Shown in pieces: positions 8,700 through 18,829 of a stretch of DNA of 64,000 nucleotides. Both the position numbers and the translations under genes were made by a program. The notes below the pieces were generated by a model. The model was not told the DNA's origin, did not search any database, and saw only the letters and a program-made list of their open reading frames with translations. Numbering within the stretch: position 1 is the first letter of the stretch; each line of letters begins with the position of its first letter. Source of the stretch: a virus; the IMG/VR virus record IMGVR_UViG_3300044724_004793, positions 46,871-110,870 of that record. One strand, given 5' to 3'.

Positions 8700-9773
8700 A
8701 TGGCTAAACCCTTTGACGTAAGTAAATTTCGCAAGGACATAACCAAATCAATTGATGGATTAAGTGTAGGATTTCATGATCCAACTGACTGGATCAGCAC
8801 AGGTAATCATGCACTCAACTATCTTATTAGTGGCGACTTTTATAAAGGTGTACCTATGGGTAAGGTAACTGTGTTTGCTGGAGAATCAGGCGCAGGCAAA
8901 AGTTACTTTGCTAGTGCAAACATCGTAAAGAATGCACAAGAGCAAGACATCTTTGTTGTGCTTATTGACACTGAAAACGCACTAGACGAAGCCTGGTTAC
9001 ATGCACTGGGCGTAGATACAGATGAAAGCAAACTACTTAAATTAAGCATGAGCATGATTGATGATGTTGCAAAAACTATCAGCACGTTTATGAAAGACTA
9101 CAAAGGTATGACTGAAGAAGATCGTCCCAAAGTATTGTTTGTAATTGATAGTTTGGGCATGATGCTCACACCAACAGATGTTGATCAGTTTGACAGAGGC
9201 GATATGAAAGGTGATCTAGGACGCAAGCCTAAAGCACTTACAGCTCTAGTGCGTAACACAGTTAACATGATTGGCAGTTATAATGTTGGTATGGTGTGTA
9301 CTAATCACACTTATGCAAGTCAAGACATGTTTGATCCAGACGACAAGATTAGTGGCGGACAAGGATTTATCTATGCATCAAGTATTGTAGTTGCCATGCG
9401 TAAACTTAAACTAAAAGAAGACCTGGATGGTAATAAGACATCTGAGGTTAACGGTATCCGTGCAGCATGTAAGGTTATGAAGACCAGATACGCAAAACCT
9501 TTTGAAGGTGTACAGGTAAAAATTCCATATGAAACAGGTATGGATCCTTATAGTGGATTGCTTGATATGTTTGAGAAAAAAGGATTGCTTACTAAACAGG
9601 GCAATCGTCTCAAGTATACTACAGCCGCTGGTGAAGAAATGCTAGAGTTCCGCAAGGGCTGGACAGCAGATAAGTTAGAAGTTATCATGTCTGATATTTC
9701 AAATGGTTTGCTAAATAATTCCACGGAGGAGTCTTCCGAAGAAGAGCAAGAATCCGAAACTATAGAGGACTAA
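8700..9773 (+). CDS. uvsX: RecA-like recombinase UvsX
   Basis: Walker A GESGAGKS, IDTENALD, VIDSLG, SGGQGFIYASS; start moved to ATG 8700 after GGAG. Confidence 0.92.
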   Translation: MAKPFDVSKFRKDITKSIDGLSVGFHDPTDWISTGNHALNYLISGDFYKGVPMGKVTVFAGESGAGKSYFASANIVKNAQEQDIFVVLIDTENALDEAWLHALGVDTDESKLLKLSMSMIDDVAKTISTFMKDYKGMTEEDRPKVLFVIDSLGMMLTPTDVDQFDRGDMKGDLGRKPKALTALVRNTVNMIGSYNVGMVCTNHTYASQDMFDPDDKISGGQGFIYASSIVVAMRKLKLKEDLDGNKTSEVNGIRAACKVMKTRYAKPFEGVQVKIPYETGMDPYSGLLDMFEKKGLLTKQGNRLKYTTAAGEEMLEFRKGWTADKLEVIMSDISNGLLNNSTEESSEEEQESETIED

Positions 9774-9774
9774 T

Positions 9775-10002
9775 ATGGAAGAGGATGAAATTTTAGTAGA
9801 ATCCTGGCTAATCCTAAAAGAATATATTAAAGATAAACAGCAGGCCGCTGACCACTGGATTGGTGTAATGATCGATAATGGCATTGATGAAGACCAGTTA
9901 ACAGCACTTGCTGCTGGAGATCGTTATCTAAAAACAGCAATTGAATATAATGGCGGACTAGAAGAAGACCCTTACTTGGACGAGGACGAATACGATTTTT
10001 AA
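9775..10002 (+). CDS. Small acidic hypothetical protein
   Basis: GAGGA RBS, directly after uvsX. Confidence 0.6.
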   Translation: MEEDEILVESWLILKEYIKDKQQAADHWIGVMIDNGIDEDQLTALAAGDRYLKTAIEYNGGLEEDPYLDEDEYDF

Positions 10003-11244
10003 ATGTATTTCCCCTTAAAGCAAAAACCAGCATGCCAATTAAAGTGGACATGGAGCACTATTAGACTGTACGAAGGTTCTACTAGTAGCTGTCATCGTGT
10101 GGAAAAAGAGTTTATTACAGCAGACGATTTTGAAACGTTTCATAACACACCCCTAAAACTTGAAGACAGAACTAAAATGTTAGCAGGTGAATGGCCCGGG
10201 CGTGGTTGTGAATATTGTAAGCATATAGAAGATGCAGGCGGTACTAGTGATCGTATGCAACACTTATCTATTCCAGATCTTACTCCTGTAGAACTAGAAA
10301 CAGATCTGTCAGCAATTGAAGTAACACCAAAAATTATAGAGGTATATTTTGATAATGTGTGTAACCTTAGTTGCTTGTATTGCTGGGACGGATTTAGTAG
10401 TAAGATACGTAGTGAGAATACCAAACACGGCAGATTTGAACAAAACGGTGTTGTAATTGACAATCGTGCACAGCTTGTTGATAATTTACCAGAGCTAACA
10501 CAAAAGTTTTGGAAATATTTGGAAACACACAGAAATGGTGTTAAACGTTTTCATTTCCTAGGTGGAGAACCATTTTATCAACGGCAGTTTGATTACGCAC
10601 TAGAGTGGTTTGAAAAATATCCTTGTCCACAACTAGAATTTAATATTGTAAGCAATTTAAATATCAAACACGAAAAATTTAAACATTATATTGCTAGTAT
10701 TAAAGAGCTAGTAGACAACCAGTGTTTAGGTAGATTTGATTTAACTTGTAGTATAGACTGCCTGGGTGCAGAACAAGAGTATGTACGGTTTGGCTCAGAC
10801 TTAGAACTAATAAAACAGAATTTTGAATATGCTGTTAATGAGGATTGGATATATCTAAACTTTAATCAAACACTCTGCGGGCTAACAATGAAAACAAGTG
10901 CTGATCTTATCGATTATGTTAATACACTACGCACAAAGAGACAAATCAATCATTATTTCAGTACAGTAGTAATGACTTACGAATTCCTCCATCCTAGAGT
11001 ATTTGGGCAAGGATTTTTCGATACTGACTTTGAACAAATACTTGCAAACATGCCTAATGAAACAGATCAAGAAAAAACAGCAAAGCAATACATGTTAGGC
11101 ATACAACAAGAGATTAACACACATGATATTAATAGAGAAGAGATAAAAAAACTTGGTGTATACTTAACTGAGTTAGACAGGCGCAGAAGCACTAACTGGC
11201 AGTCTACTTTTCCCTGGTTGACTAATCTATTAGAAACTGTATAA
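10003..11244 (+). CDS. Radical SAM protein with N-terminal Cys-rich (twitch/SPASM-like) region
   Basis: CNLSCLYC (CxxxCxxC), FLGGEP, N-terminal C...SSCH...CEYC. Confidence 0.85.
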   Translation: MYFPLKQKPACQLKWTWSTIRLYEGSTSSCHRVEKEFITADDFETFHNTPLKLEDRTKMLAGEWPGRGCEYCKHIEDAGGTSDRMQHLSIPDLTPVELETDLSAIEVTPKIIEVYFDNVCNLSCLYCWDGFSSKIRSENTKHGRFEQNGVVIDNRAQLVDNLPELTQKFWKYLETHRNGVKRFHFLGGEPFYQRQFDYALEWFEKYPCPQLEFNIVSNLNIKHEKFKHYIASIKELVDNQCLGRFDLTCSIDCLGAEQEYVRFGSDLELIKQNFEYAVNEDWIYLNFNQTLCGLTMKTSADLIDYVNTLRTKRQINHYFSTVVMTYEFLHPRVFGQGFFDTDFEQILANMPNETDQEKTAKQYMLGIQQEINTHDINREEIKKLGVYLTELDRRRSTNWQSTFPWLTNLLETV

Positions 11245-11245
11245 T
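11218..11245 (+). promoter_or_regulatory. sigma70-like promoter for uvsY (TTGACT-16-TATAAT), ATG 6 nt downstream
   Basis: Read directly; lies inside the 3' end of the radical SAM gene. Confidence 0.6.
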
Positions 11246-11251
11246 AGTAAT

Positions 11252-11710
11252 ATGGCAAACTGGTATACTATAGTATCTAACGATTTAAGTAAGATTCCAG
11301 ACTTTATAGAGCACTTTGAAAACGAACTAGAAAGTGCACGTAAAGAGGTAAGTGTTCATGGTCTTGTAGAAAAAAGTATTAAAGAACTTCCAGCAAGCAC
11401 AGAGATACGATTCGGCCAACTACAAGAGATCGAAGCAGTACTTAATCATCTTAATATACTATTACGTAAGATAAGACGTAAACATTTTACCAAATATTTA
11501 GAAAGTTATCAACGTGCACTGAGTTCACGTGATGCAGAAAAGTACGTAGATGGTGAAGATGAAGTTGTAGACTTTGAGACTATTATTAACGAAGTGGCAC
11601 TGATACGTAACAAGTGGCTAGGTGTCATGAAGGGTTTGGAAAGTAAAAACTTTATGCTTGGCCATATTGTTAGATTGCGTACAGCAGGGATGGAAGATGT
11701 CCAAGTTTAG
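11252..11710 (+). CDS. uvsY: Recombination mediator UvsY-like
   Basis: Helical 152-aa protein with AEKYVDGEDEV and KGLESKNFML; close to uvsX. Confidence 0.75.
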   Translation: MANWYTIVSNDLSKIPDFIEHFENELESARKEVSVHGLVEKSIKELPASTEIRFGQLQEIEAVLNHLNILLRKIRRKHFTKYLESYQRALSSRDAEKYVDGEDEVVDFETIINEVALIRNKWLGVMKGLESKNFMLGHIVRLRTAGMEDVQV

Positions 11711-12575
11711 TAATTTAACAGTAAGGTTAAGTAAGTCACAAAACTACTGCGAAACGTTGGATTTAACCTTTAAACTTGTTCCTAGTCTCTTTTTAGACAA
11801 GTGGATAGATAGATTTTTACACGCTCAACAAAGACAGGATCCAATTAGTGAGCCTTGGGCATTTTACAATCTTAATCAAGACTGGAATGAAGAGCGTGTA
11901 GTAGAGTTTATAAATGAAAAAATAGAATACTGTAACAGTCGGGTCCCCAATATGTTTACCAAACAACTTACTAGCGTAAAGGACCAAGACTGTTTAAATT
12001 ATATTCACAGTGTTTTTGAACTAGAGCATGGACAACTTGACAAGTGGCAAACTAACCCAAGAGTTGCAGATGCTAGTGTTAGAGATGCCCTTAGTCATAT
12101 TAATCAAACAGTACACAGAGCAGAAAGTTTAGGACAAAATCCTCGTATAAGATGCGTTTGGTTTGATCTACCTAAGACAGAAAAATTTACCTCCCAGGAC
12201 TACAAATTGTTTACAAACAAAGTAGATTTTGGAGGAGTTTATACATTATATGCAGATGTAGGGAAAAATGTAGAAAGTCTTTCTAGAGATAACGACGATC
12301 ATCATCATGACTTTGTGCCCAACTTACATTACAGTTCGGACTTTTTAATAACTTTTTATGATACAGACGGGGTAAAGCAAAAACAACTATATGATAATTA
12401 TGTAAAGGCTAATACTAGTTACTTCACTAGCCTAGGATATGATGTTAATGATATAAGACTTACTACAGGACGTATTAAAATTGCCCAACTTGACTATAAA
12501 ACAAAAGATGCTATACTAAAAAGTGTATCTGAATACAACAACATCCAGAGTGTAAACATCCATGGAATTATCTAA
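11697..12575 (+). CDS. Hypothetical protein
   Basis: ORF overlapping the uvsY end; LNYIHSVFE and HINQTVHRAE His motifs. Confidence 0.55.
   Translation: MSKFSNLTVRLSKSQNYCETLDLTFKLVPSLFLDKWIDRFLHAQQRQDPISEPWAFYNLNQDWNEERVVEFINEKIEYCNSRVPNMFTKQLTSVKDQDCLNYIHSVFELEHGQLDKWQTNPRVADASVRDALSHINQTVHRAESLGQNPRIRCVWFDLPKTEKFTSQDYKLFTNKVDFGGVYTLYADVGKNVESLSRDNDDHHHDFVPNLHYSSDFLITFYDTDGVKQKQLYDNYVKANTSYFTSLGYDVNDIRLTTGRIKIAQLDYKTKDAILKSVSEYNNIQSVNIHGII
12490..12517 (+). promoter_or_regulatory. sigma70-like promoter (TTGACT-16-TATACT, extended TG)
   Basis: Read directly; embedded in the 3' end of the upstream ORF. Confidence 0.5.
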
Positions 12576-12885
12576 ATACGATACTGTTTATAATTTGCTG
12601 TTAGAAGTAGAGCAAAATCGCGAAAAGTTTACTAAAGAACAACAAAGTTTTTTAAAGGCAATGCGAGAAAAAGAGGTAAGCAAAGCTGGTTGGAAACGTT
12701 ATAGAGATTGTCAGGCATTGTTTAGTACTGCGGACGAGTATCTAAATGAAGCACATATAGAAGCACTTACAGCAGTTAAACGGCCAACAATAAAAAGTAT
12801 TAATAAGATAATCCATAACCTAGAATTGTTTGATCAAACTTGGCAGAACGCTAGGCAGTGGGCATTAATAGGAGTTCTTAGTTAA
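12562..12885 (+). CDS. Hypothetical protein
   Basis: ORF track; translationally coupled to the next gene. Confidence 0.55.
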   Translation: MELSKYDTVYNLLLEVEQNREKFTKEQQSFLKAMREKEVSKAGWKRYRDCQALFSTADEYLNEAHIEALTAVKRPTIKSINKIIHNLELFDQTWQNARQWALIGVLS

Positions 12886-13643
12886 TGTTTGCAAGCGCAG
12901 AAGAAAGTCACGCTCATAGTAGAGAAACACTAGAGCGATTTGCAGATCATTTAGAGTTTATAAAAAGCATAAAAACAGTATGTGACATAGGTTCAGGTAA
13001 AGACCAGCTTGATATTAACTATTGGGCAAACTTAACAGATCAAGATCCATCCAACCCTACGCCATTAAACATCAAATGCATTGCATTGGATAAACACCGT
13101 CCTCCTGATTTAACCCAGAAAAATGTAAGACGTATTGGGCATGACTTTAATGTTGATCTTAGTGTTATAAACGATGAGTCTCAAGACATTGTTTGGTGTC
13201 ACGACAGTCTACAATATGCATATTCACCACTTAACATGTTGTTTGAAATTAATCGTATACTAGATCCAGCTGGTATGTTGTACTTGTATGTGCCTAGTAC
13301 AGTTAATGTAAACTATGGGCATTTTGAGAGTTATTGCTATAGTAATCAATACTTTACATTTACTCTACCACAATTAATGTACTTTCTTGCAATTGCAGGA
13401 TTTGATATAAAAGATGCATACTTTCGTAAGCCTAATTTAATTGATGGTATTGACTGCGTGGTATATAAAAATAGCAAGCCCCTAGATATGTCAACTAGTT
13501 GGGGAGATTTAGCAGACCTAGGTTTACTAAGTGAAAGTGCTATGGATATCGTAATGTCTAAAAATTACTTAACAGATCAAGGTTTATTAACCATGTGGTT
13601 AGATGCTACTATATATGACTATAGGCATAATACTAGAGCTTAG
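12885..13643 (+). CDS. Class I SAM-dependent methyltransferase
   Basis: VCDIGSG motif I, DIVWCHDSLQY, RILDPAGMLYL. Confidence 0.8.
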   Translation: MFASAEESHAHSRETLERFADHLEFIKSIKTVCDIGSGKDQLDINYWANLTDQDPSNPTPLNIKCIALDKHRPPDLTQKNVRRIGHDFNVDLSVINDESQDIVWCHDSLQYAYSPLNMLFEINRILDPAGMLYLYVPSTVNVNYGHFESYCYSNQYFTFTLPQLMYFLAIAGFDIKDAYFRKPNLIDGIDCVVYKNSKPLDMSTSWGDLADLGLLSESAMDIVMSKNYLTDQGLLTMWLDATIYDYRHNTRA

Positions 13644-14490
13644 ATCGTATACGTAACCATTGCTGATCTATTTCGTCAGGCAACCATTCTATATTACACA
13701 AATCGATTAGCCACTCTTCTCGACGTGCAAACATAGTCTCTTTATAACTGCTAGTCATTTCCCAAGCCAGGCTGTGTTTGCTTACTACAGCAGGTATGCC
13801 TTGTATAATACTGTTTACACCTGCATTACTACAATAACTTACAGTAAGATTAGTTTCCTTCAGTTGATCTTCTAGGTCAAAACTGTCATAGGTTTGCTGT
13901 ACTTTTTTAGCGATCTGCCATTCACACCCTTGGTCTTTATACCATTGCTCGTCTGCGATGGGAAAGTGTATGCGTTCTCTGTATCTAGGATGGGCTCTTA
14001 GCACAATAGGCTTATCACTAAACTCTCTTATTTCTGTGACAGTTTCGTGGAAGTATGTATCCATATCAGGCATATCTTCCCATTGTAAACTATGAGCATG
14101 TTGTCCACACACTAGTATGTAAGGTTTGTCATCTATCACCCACGGCTTAGTCTGAACACCCAGTTTCTTGACCCTGTCAGGATTTACACCCACTTCAAGT
14201 GCAAAGTCAGCATCACGATTAACACCATTGATGCCCAGCTTCCAGGTACCATTGCGTATTAATCCGCCGACTTCTATCACTACGACTGGCTTACCTCGTG
14301 CACGGTAATGATCCCATACTCTCTTATTTCCACTCATCTTGCCAAACCACAGTACACTCCAAATAAGAGCAGCGTCAGCATCCATACTGTTCTCAACTAA
14401 TTCGTCTGTGGATTTTATTGCGCTAAGTAGTTGTGGATATACCATATCCTTGTTACCCGGCAAGTTATTTGGAAAGTGAGCTATCTTCAT
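13633..14490 (-). CDS. Capsule-polysaccharide-modification-like (KpsS/KpsC-like GT-B) protein
   Basis: ILVCGQ...DS, IVLRAHPR, VSYCSNAGVNSIIQGIPAV; start moved to ATG 14490. Confidence 0.55.
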   Translation of the reverse strand: MKIAHFPNNLPGNKDMVYPQLLSAIKSTDELVENSMDADAALIWSVLWFGKMSGNKRVWDHYRARGKPVVVIEVGGLIRNGTWKLGINGVNRDADFALEVGVNPDRVKKLGVQTKPWVIDDKPYILVCGQHAHSLQWEDMPDMDTYFHETVTEIREFSDKPIVLRAHPRYRERIHFPIADEQWYKDQGCEWQIAKKVQQTYDSFDLEDQLKETNLTVSYCSNAGVNSIIQGIPAVVSKHSLAWEMTSSYKETMFARREEWLIDLCNIEWLPDEIDQQWLRIRSKL

Positions 14491-14503
14491 GGTAAATAAT
14501 AAT

Positions 14504-15394
14504 ATGCGTACATTATCAGTATTTAGTACATGGCACAAGACCGGTTATAAGAAGTATGGAGATCACTTCATACAGGGTTTCCTACAAAACTGGCCTACTG
14601 AAGTAAAGTTAACGATATATGCAGAAGACCATGAGCCCAACACATATAACGCTGACAACATAGAAGTATTGGACCAACGTAGCACATTGCCAGATCTTAA
14701 AGCATGGCAGGAGCGTCACAAAGATAATCCACATGCTCACGGCTGGAACAAAGACAAGACAAAGAAAAGTTTCTTATGGGACGCAAGTCGCTTTGCAAAT
14801 AAAACATTTGCACTCTGGCACTTTGCAAAACATACTGAAGCAGACGTAATGATTTGGTGTGACGGCGATGTGCGTACACATACTCCAATGCCAGCAGAGT
14901 TTTTTCAAGAGATTGCTCCTAACGAAGATCAACTTACTACACACTTAGGACGTAAAACTTGGCCTGAGTGTGGCTGGATGATGTTTAACAGACACCATCC
15001 ACAGTTTGCTGAGTTTATGGAACAGTGGCGATGGATATATGAAAGTGATGATATCTTTAATCACGAAGAAAGTCATGATAGTTTTATATTTGGTGAACTG
15101 GTACAGGACTTTGCAGACGCAGGACATAGAGACTTAGGCGGCCCGGGCCAATCTGGTCATGTGTTTATCAACAGTGTACTAGGCAAGTATATGGATCACC
15201 TTAAAGGCTTTCGAAAGGAAGTGGGTAAGAGTTTGGTAGGAGATGTTTACGGTAATCGCAGTCAACACTTCGACACCAATCCATGGTGGCAGGATTTGAG
15301 ACATGTAACTAAATCTCAAATACGCCAAGAAAAATTAAAGAACCCGCATGAATATGATGCGGAGCAACAAGTTAAATCAAAAGGAATAAAGTAA
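14504..15394 (+). CDS. Glycosyltransferase-like protein (GT-A, DxD)
   Basis: RFANKTFA, IWCDGDVRTH, ECGWMMFN, HDSFIF, DHLKG; TAAATA 5 nt before ATG. Confidence 0.6.
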   Translation: MRTLSVFSTWHKTGYKKYGDHFIQGFLQNWPTEVKLTIYAEDHEPNTYNADNIEVLDQRSTLPDLKAWQERHKDNPHAHGWNKDKTKKSFLWDASRFANKTFALWHFAKHTEADVMIWCDGDVRTHTPMPAEFFQEIAPNEDQLTTHLGRKTWPECGWMMFNRHHPQFAEFMEQWRWIYESDDIFNHEESHDSFIFGELVQDFADAGHRDLGGPGQSGHVFINSVLGKYMDHLKGFRKEVGKSLVGDVYGNRSQHFDTNPWWQDLRHVTKSQIRQEKLKNPHEYDAEQQVKSKGIK

Positions 15395-16818
15395 TGAGTT
15401 GGTATAATCCATCCACGTGGGGACACGATATTGAAAATGCATACAATGATACCAAAGACGCTGTAAACAGTGCCACTGGATGGGTTGATGATAACATTGT
15501 TGAACCAACAGCACATTATGCTACTGATGCATACAAAGACACAAGTAAAGCACTAACAGATGCTTACAACTATAGTTACAGTTTAGCAGCAAATCCACAG
15601 GCAACCGTTGCTACTGTAACACATAATGCTACTGATTTAAGTAGTAACTTGTTACAAGAAGGCTGGAGCAGTTTACCAAAAGAATACCAGGATGGACTTA
15701 AGACAACTGAACACTACCTAGAAGAAGGTGCTGAAGCAGTTGTAAAGTATGGCACTGAAGCATATGAATGGGTTAGTGCTAATGCATGTAGCCTTGCACT
15801 TGGTAGCGCACTAAGCACAGGCGTTGTTCTTGCATTTACATATAAGGGACCGGAAGATCCAAACCAAGCAAGTATTTTTAGCATCAACGGCTTTGCACTG
15901 TCAGCAAAGGCAGCAGCGGCCAGTTTACCTAGCACTGGTGCTAGTATTGTTTTCTATGGTGCAGCCGCTAGTATTGCTTACTTTATTACTCCTGTAATTT
16001 ATAACATTCCTGGCATCAAAGGACAAGTAAGCAAGGACTTGTTAAACAGTGTGATTACTACCAGCATTGCTAACAGTATGAGTGTGTACTGGATGCTGTG
16101 GAGTACACCAGAAACAGTTGGTGCTGCTATTGCAAGTATTGTTATTCCTGTTGTTACAACATTGGTTTGTAATGGTATTGCACCCAAGCATTCAGGACTA
16201 ACAAACCCAAGTGGTGTAAGTGGGACATTTAGCCACAACAGTGCAAAGCTCACAGTGCTAAACAGACAAATGATTGAGCAGCATAATTTCCAAACAAACA
16301 ATGGACAGCATGTACCAGTTCATCGTGTAACTAATGGCAATTATTGTAACTTCATGAATAACAACAGTTTGTGGCCAACAGACAATCGCGCTACCTGGGA
16401 AGGCAGTGTTAAGTTTAATATTCCGCTAGAAGGTTACTACACTATTGCTGTTGCATGTGACAACGAAGTAGAAGTTTATGTTGGCGACAACATGGCCTTG
16501 CACTGGAACAGATTTGACACAACATCACAACTTGATGTTTGGTTCCCCAGAGGTGAAGGTGCTGTAAGTTGGAAAGCAAGTAACTATGGTGGCGCTGCAA
16601 GTGGTAAAAACCCAGCAGGCTTTAGTATCCTAATGGATAGCGTAATGGATAACAATGATATTAAAAGCGCACTGCGTGGGCAGGGCGACGCAACAAATCA
16701 AACCAATAGTTTGAAAACCAATCCACCTAGTGAGCCAAGTTCAGCATATGCTCCGCCTCCTCCGCCAGTGTTCACAACAATGCCTGTCAACCCAACGCCA
16801 ATGGGGCCAATTAGCTAA
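15394..16818 (+). CDS. Hypothetical membrane-associated protein with C-terminal PA14-like beta domain
   Basis: Several hydrophobic helices mid-protein; GYYTIAVACDNEVEVYVG resembles the PA14 core; Pro-rich tail. Confidence 0.45.
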   Translation: MSWYNPSTWGHDIENAYNDTKDAVNSATGWVDDNIVEPTAHYATDAYKDTSKALTDAYNYSYSLAANPQATVATVTHNATDLSSNLLQEGWSSLPKEYQDGLKTTEHYLEEGAEAVVKYGTEAYEWVSANACSLALGSALSTGVVLAFTYKGPEDPNQASIFSINGFALSAKAAAASLPSTGASIVFYGAAASIAYFITPVIYNIPGIKGQVSKDLLNSVITTSIANSMSVYWMLWSTPETVGAAIASIVIPVVTTLVCNGIAPKHSGLTNPSGVSGTFSHNSAKLTVLNRQMIEQHNFQTNNGQHVPVHRVTNGNYCNFMNNNSLWPTDNRATWEGSVKFNIPLEGYYTIAVACDNEVEVYVGDNMALHWNRFDTTSQLDVWFPRGEGAVSWKASNYGGAASGKNPAGFSILMDSVMDNNDIKSALRGQGDATNQTNSLKTNPPSEPSSAYAPPPPPVFTTMPVNPTPMGPIS

Positions 16819-17591
16819 TGAATGGCAAAATAAGTGTACTACAAAATGTGAATACTGTATTCAAGCACCCATATCCACATGTATGTGTGGATGAGGCACT
16901 GCCCGATTACATTTACAAAGAACTTGCAGAAACATTTCCGCAAGAACTTGTATGTAGTACGCAGCCACATGATGGTGGCATAACCTATCGTTATAAATCG
17001 AACCCTGCACTAGTTGAAGGTAAGATCAGTAACATATGGAAAGAGTTTTTTGAGTATCATACAAGTGCTGATTACTTCAGAGAGTGTATAAACCTATTCG
17101 AGCCCTGGATTGAGGAACTTTATCCTCAATATATCGATGACATGTATAGCAAGCCTGTAACGGTACGTGACATAGACAATACTGGCAGTTATGTAACTGA
17201 CTGTCAGTTTGTTGTGCACGAACCAGTAGACGAAACAGGTACCAGTCGGACACCACACATTGATAATCCTGTGGAAATCTATGCAGGTTTGTTATACATG
17301 AGACTTCCAGAAGATGAAAGCACAGGCGGAAACTTTACCATACATGAAGTTACCGGTGAAATAACAGAAGTAAACAAAACATTAGGCAGGCAAGTTGAGG
17401 ATAGTTTACACAAATCTGTCAAGCAAGTTCCTTATGTAGCCAATAGTTTCTGTATGTTCTTAAACGTAAAAGACAGTGTACACAGTGTTACACCACGTAT
17501 CAAACCTCAGCATCGCAGACAGAGCATTAATATTATTGGTGAGTTCAACGGCACAGGTCGTATGTGGAAAGTAAAAGAAATTAAAAACTAA
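16818..17591 (+). CDS. 2OG-Fe(II) oxygenase
   Basis: PHID...LLYM...GGNF...HSVTPR...RQSIN. Confidence 0.75.
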   Translation: MNGKISVLQNVNTVFKHPYPHVCVDEALPDYIYKELAETFPQELVCSTQPHDGGITYRYKSNPALVEGKISNIWKEFFEYHTSADYFRECINLFEPWIEELYPQYIDDMYSKPVTVRDIDNTGSYVTDCQFVVHEPVDETGTSRTPHIDNPVEIYAGLLYMRLPEDESTGGNFTIHEVTGEITEVNKTLGRQVEDSLHKSVKQVPYVANSFCMFLNVKDSVHSVTPRIKPQHRRQSINIIGEFNGTGRMWKVKEIKN

Positions 17592-18829
17592 TGCAGTATA
17601 CAATGGGCAAAGCCAGTTGGTGCTTTATGACAGGTGAGCATGTAGTAAAAAGTTACAGCACTAGAAATAAAAAAAGTGTTAAGCCTGCTCGTGGTAGCAT
17701 ATATGATTGCTGGTTACGAGAAACAACTTGTTTGCAAAGACTAAAAGGAAAACTGCATTTTCCTAACATTATAGGTGCAGATGAAAACGATCATAGTTTA
17801 GCAATGACTAAAGTTGGCGAAAGTCTATTTCACTCTTGGCATGAACACAATTTATCTATGTATCATGATCAAATTGATCGTATAGCAGATGAACTAGAAC
17901 GTGCTAACATAATATATTTCTATCCAGGAATGGATCCAAACAGCAAATCAAAAGACTTTGCAAAATTTCCGCTAAGTAACTTTTGTATACAGGACGGTGA
18001 AATAAGCCTAATAGATTTTGAAATGTCGTGTCCAATAAACAGTTTAGCACACGAGAGATTAAGTGATAGGTTAGGATACCTATACAGTTTTTATAATAAG
18101 GATGACTTTAGACAAGCACTGCATATTTGTTTAGATGATCCTAGACAAAGTTGGGAAAGTGAGCTAATGGCTAAACTAACTGACAAGTCTAAGTTTAAAG
18201 AGTTAAGTAAGGGTAACCCTCGAGAAATATGGGATAATATGACAATGTTTACACAACCACCAGAAAAAGTAGTTAAAGAATGGAACAAGTATCAAAAGCG
18301 TTATGGTATTAACGATGCTGAAGATAGAGTCCAACGTATGAAGCTAGTTGAGCTAGCACAACAATGGGACGGCAATGCACAACTAATTGATATTGGCTGT
18401 AATGATGGATTTATTACAACACTTATGGCACCACATGTAGCAAAAGCAACAGGCGTAGAACCTTTTGTAAAGTTGCGTGATGATAAAAAGCCAGCCAATG
18501 TAAAATGGTATACAGGAACATTCAATGACTATATGAAGTTTAAAGCAACTGACTATTATGATATTGTATTAAGTCTTGCAGTAAGTATTCAACTACGTGA
18601 CTTTGGTGGGCTAACCGAAGAACAAATTGTGGATGCCTACTTTGAACTTCTCGTACCCGGTGGAGTGGTTGTACATGAAACACAGAAACTTGAGAATCGT
18701 CCTAACAATCAACAACATACTGAGGCAATGATTCGTGCATTTACAAGACCAGGCAAGTTTGAAATCATTGATCATGGACAAGCAAGACCAAGCGGGCGTA
18801 GAGAATACTATCACTTTAGGAAAATCTAA
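17591..18829 (+). CDS. Kinase-like domain fused to SAM methyltransferase
   Basis: VVK, RETTCLQRL, SN...LIDFE kinase-fold motifs; LIDIGCNDG, YDIVLSLAV, LVPGG methyltransferase motifs. Confidence 0.7.
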   Translation: MQYTMGKASWCFMTGEHVVKSYSTRNKKSVKPARGSIYDCWLRETTCLQRLKGKLHFPNIIGADENDHSLAMTKVGESLFHSWHEHNLSMYHDQIDRIADELERANIIYFYPGMDPNSKSKDFAKFPLSNFCIQDGEISLIDFEMSCPINSLAHERLSDRLGYLYSFYNKDDFRQALHICLDDPRQSWESELMAKLTDKSKFKELSKGNPREIWDNMTMFTQPPEKVVKEWNKYQKRYGINDAEDRVQRMKLVELAQQWDGNAQLIDIGCNDGFITTLMAPHVAKATGVEPFVKLRDDKKPANVKWYTGTFNDYMKFKATDYYDIVLSLAVSIQLRDFGGLTEEQIVDAYFELLVPGGVVVHETQKLENRPNNQQHTEAMIRAFTRPGKFEIIDHGQARPSGRREYYHFRKI

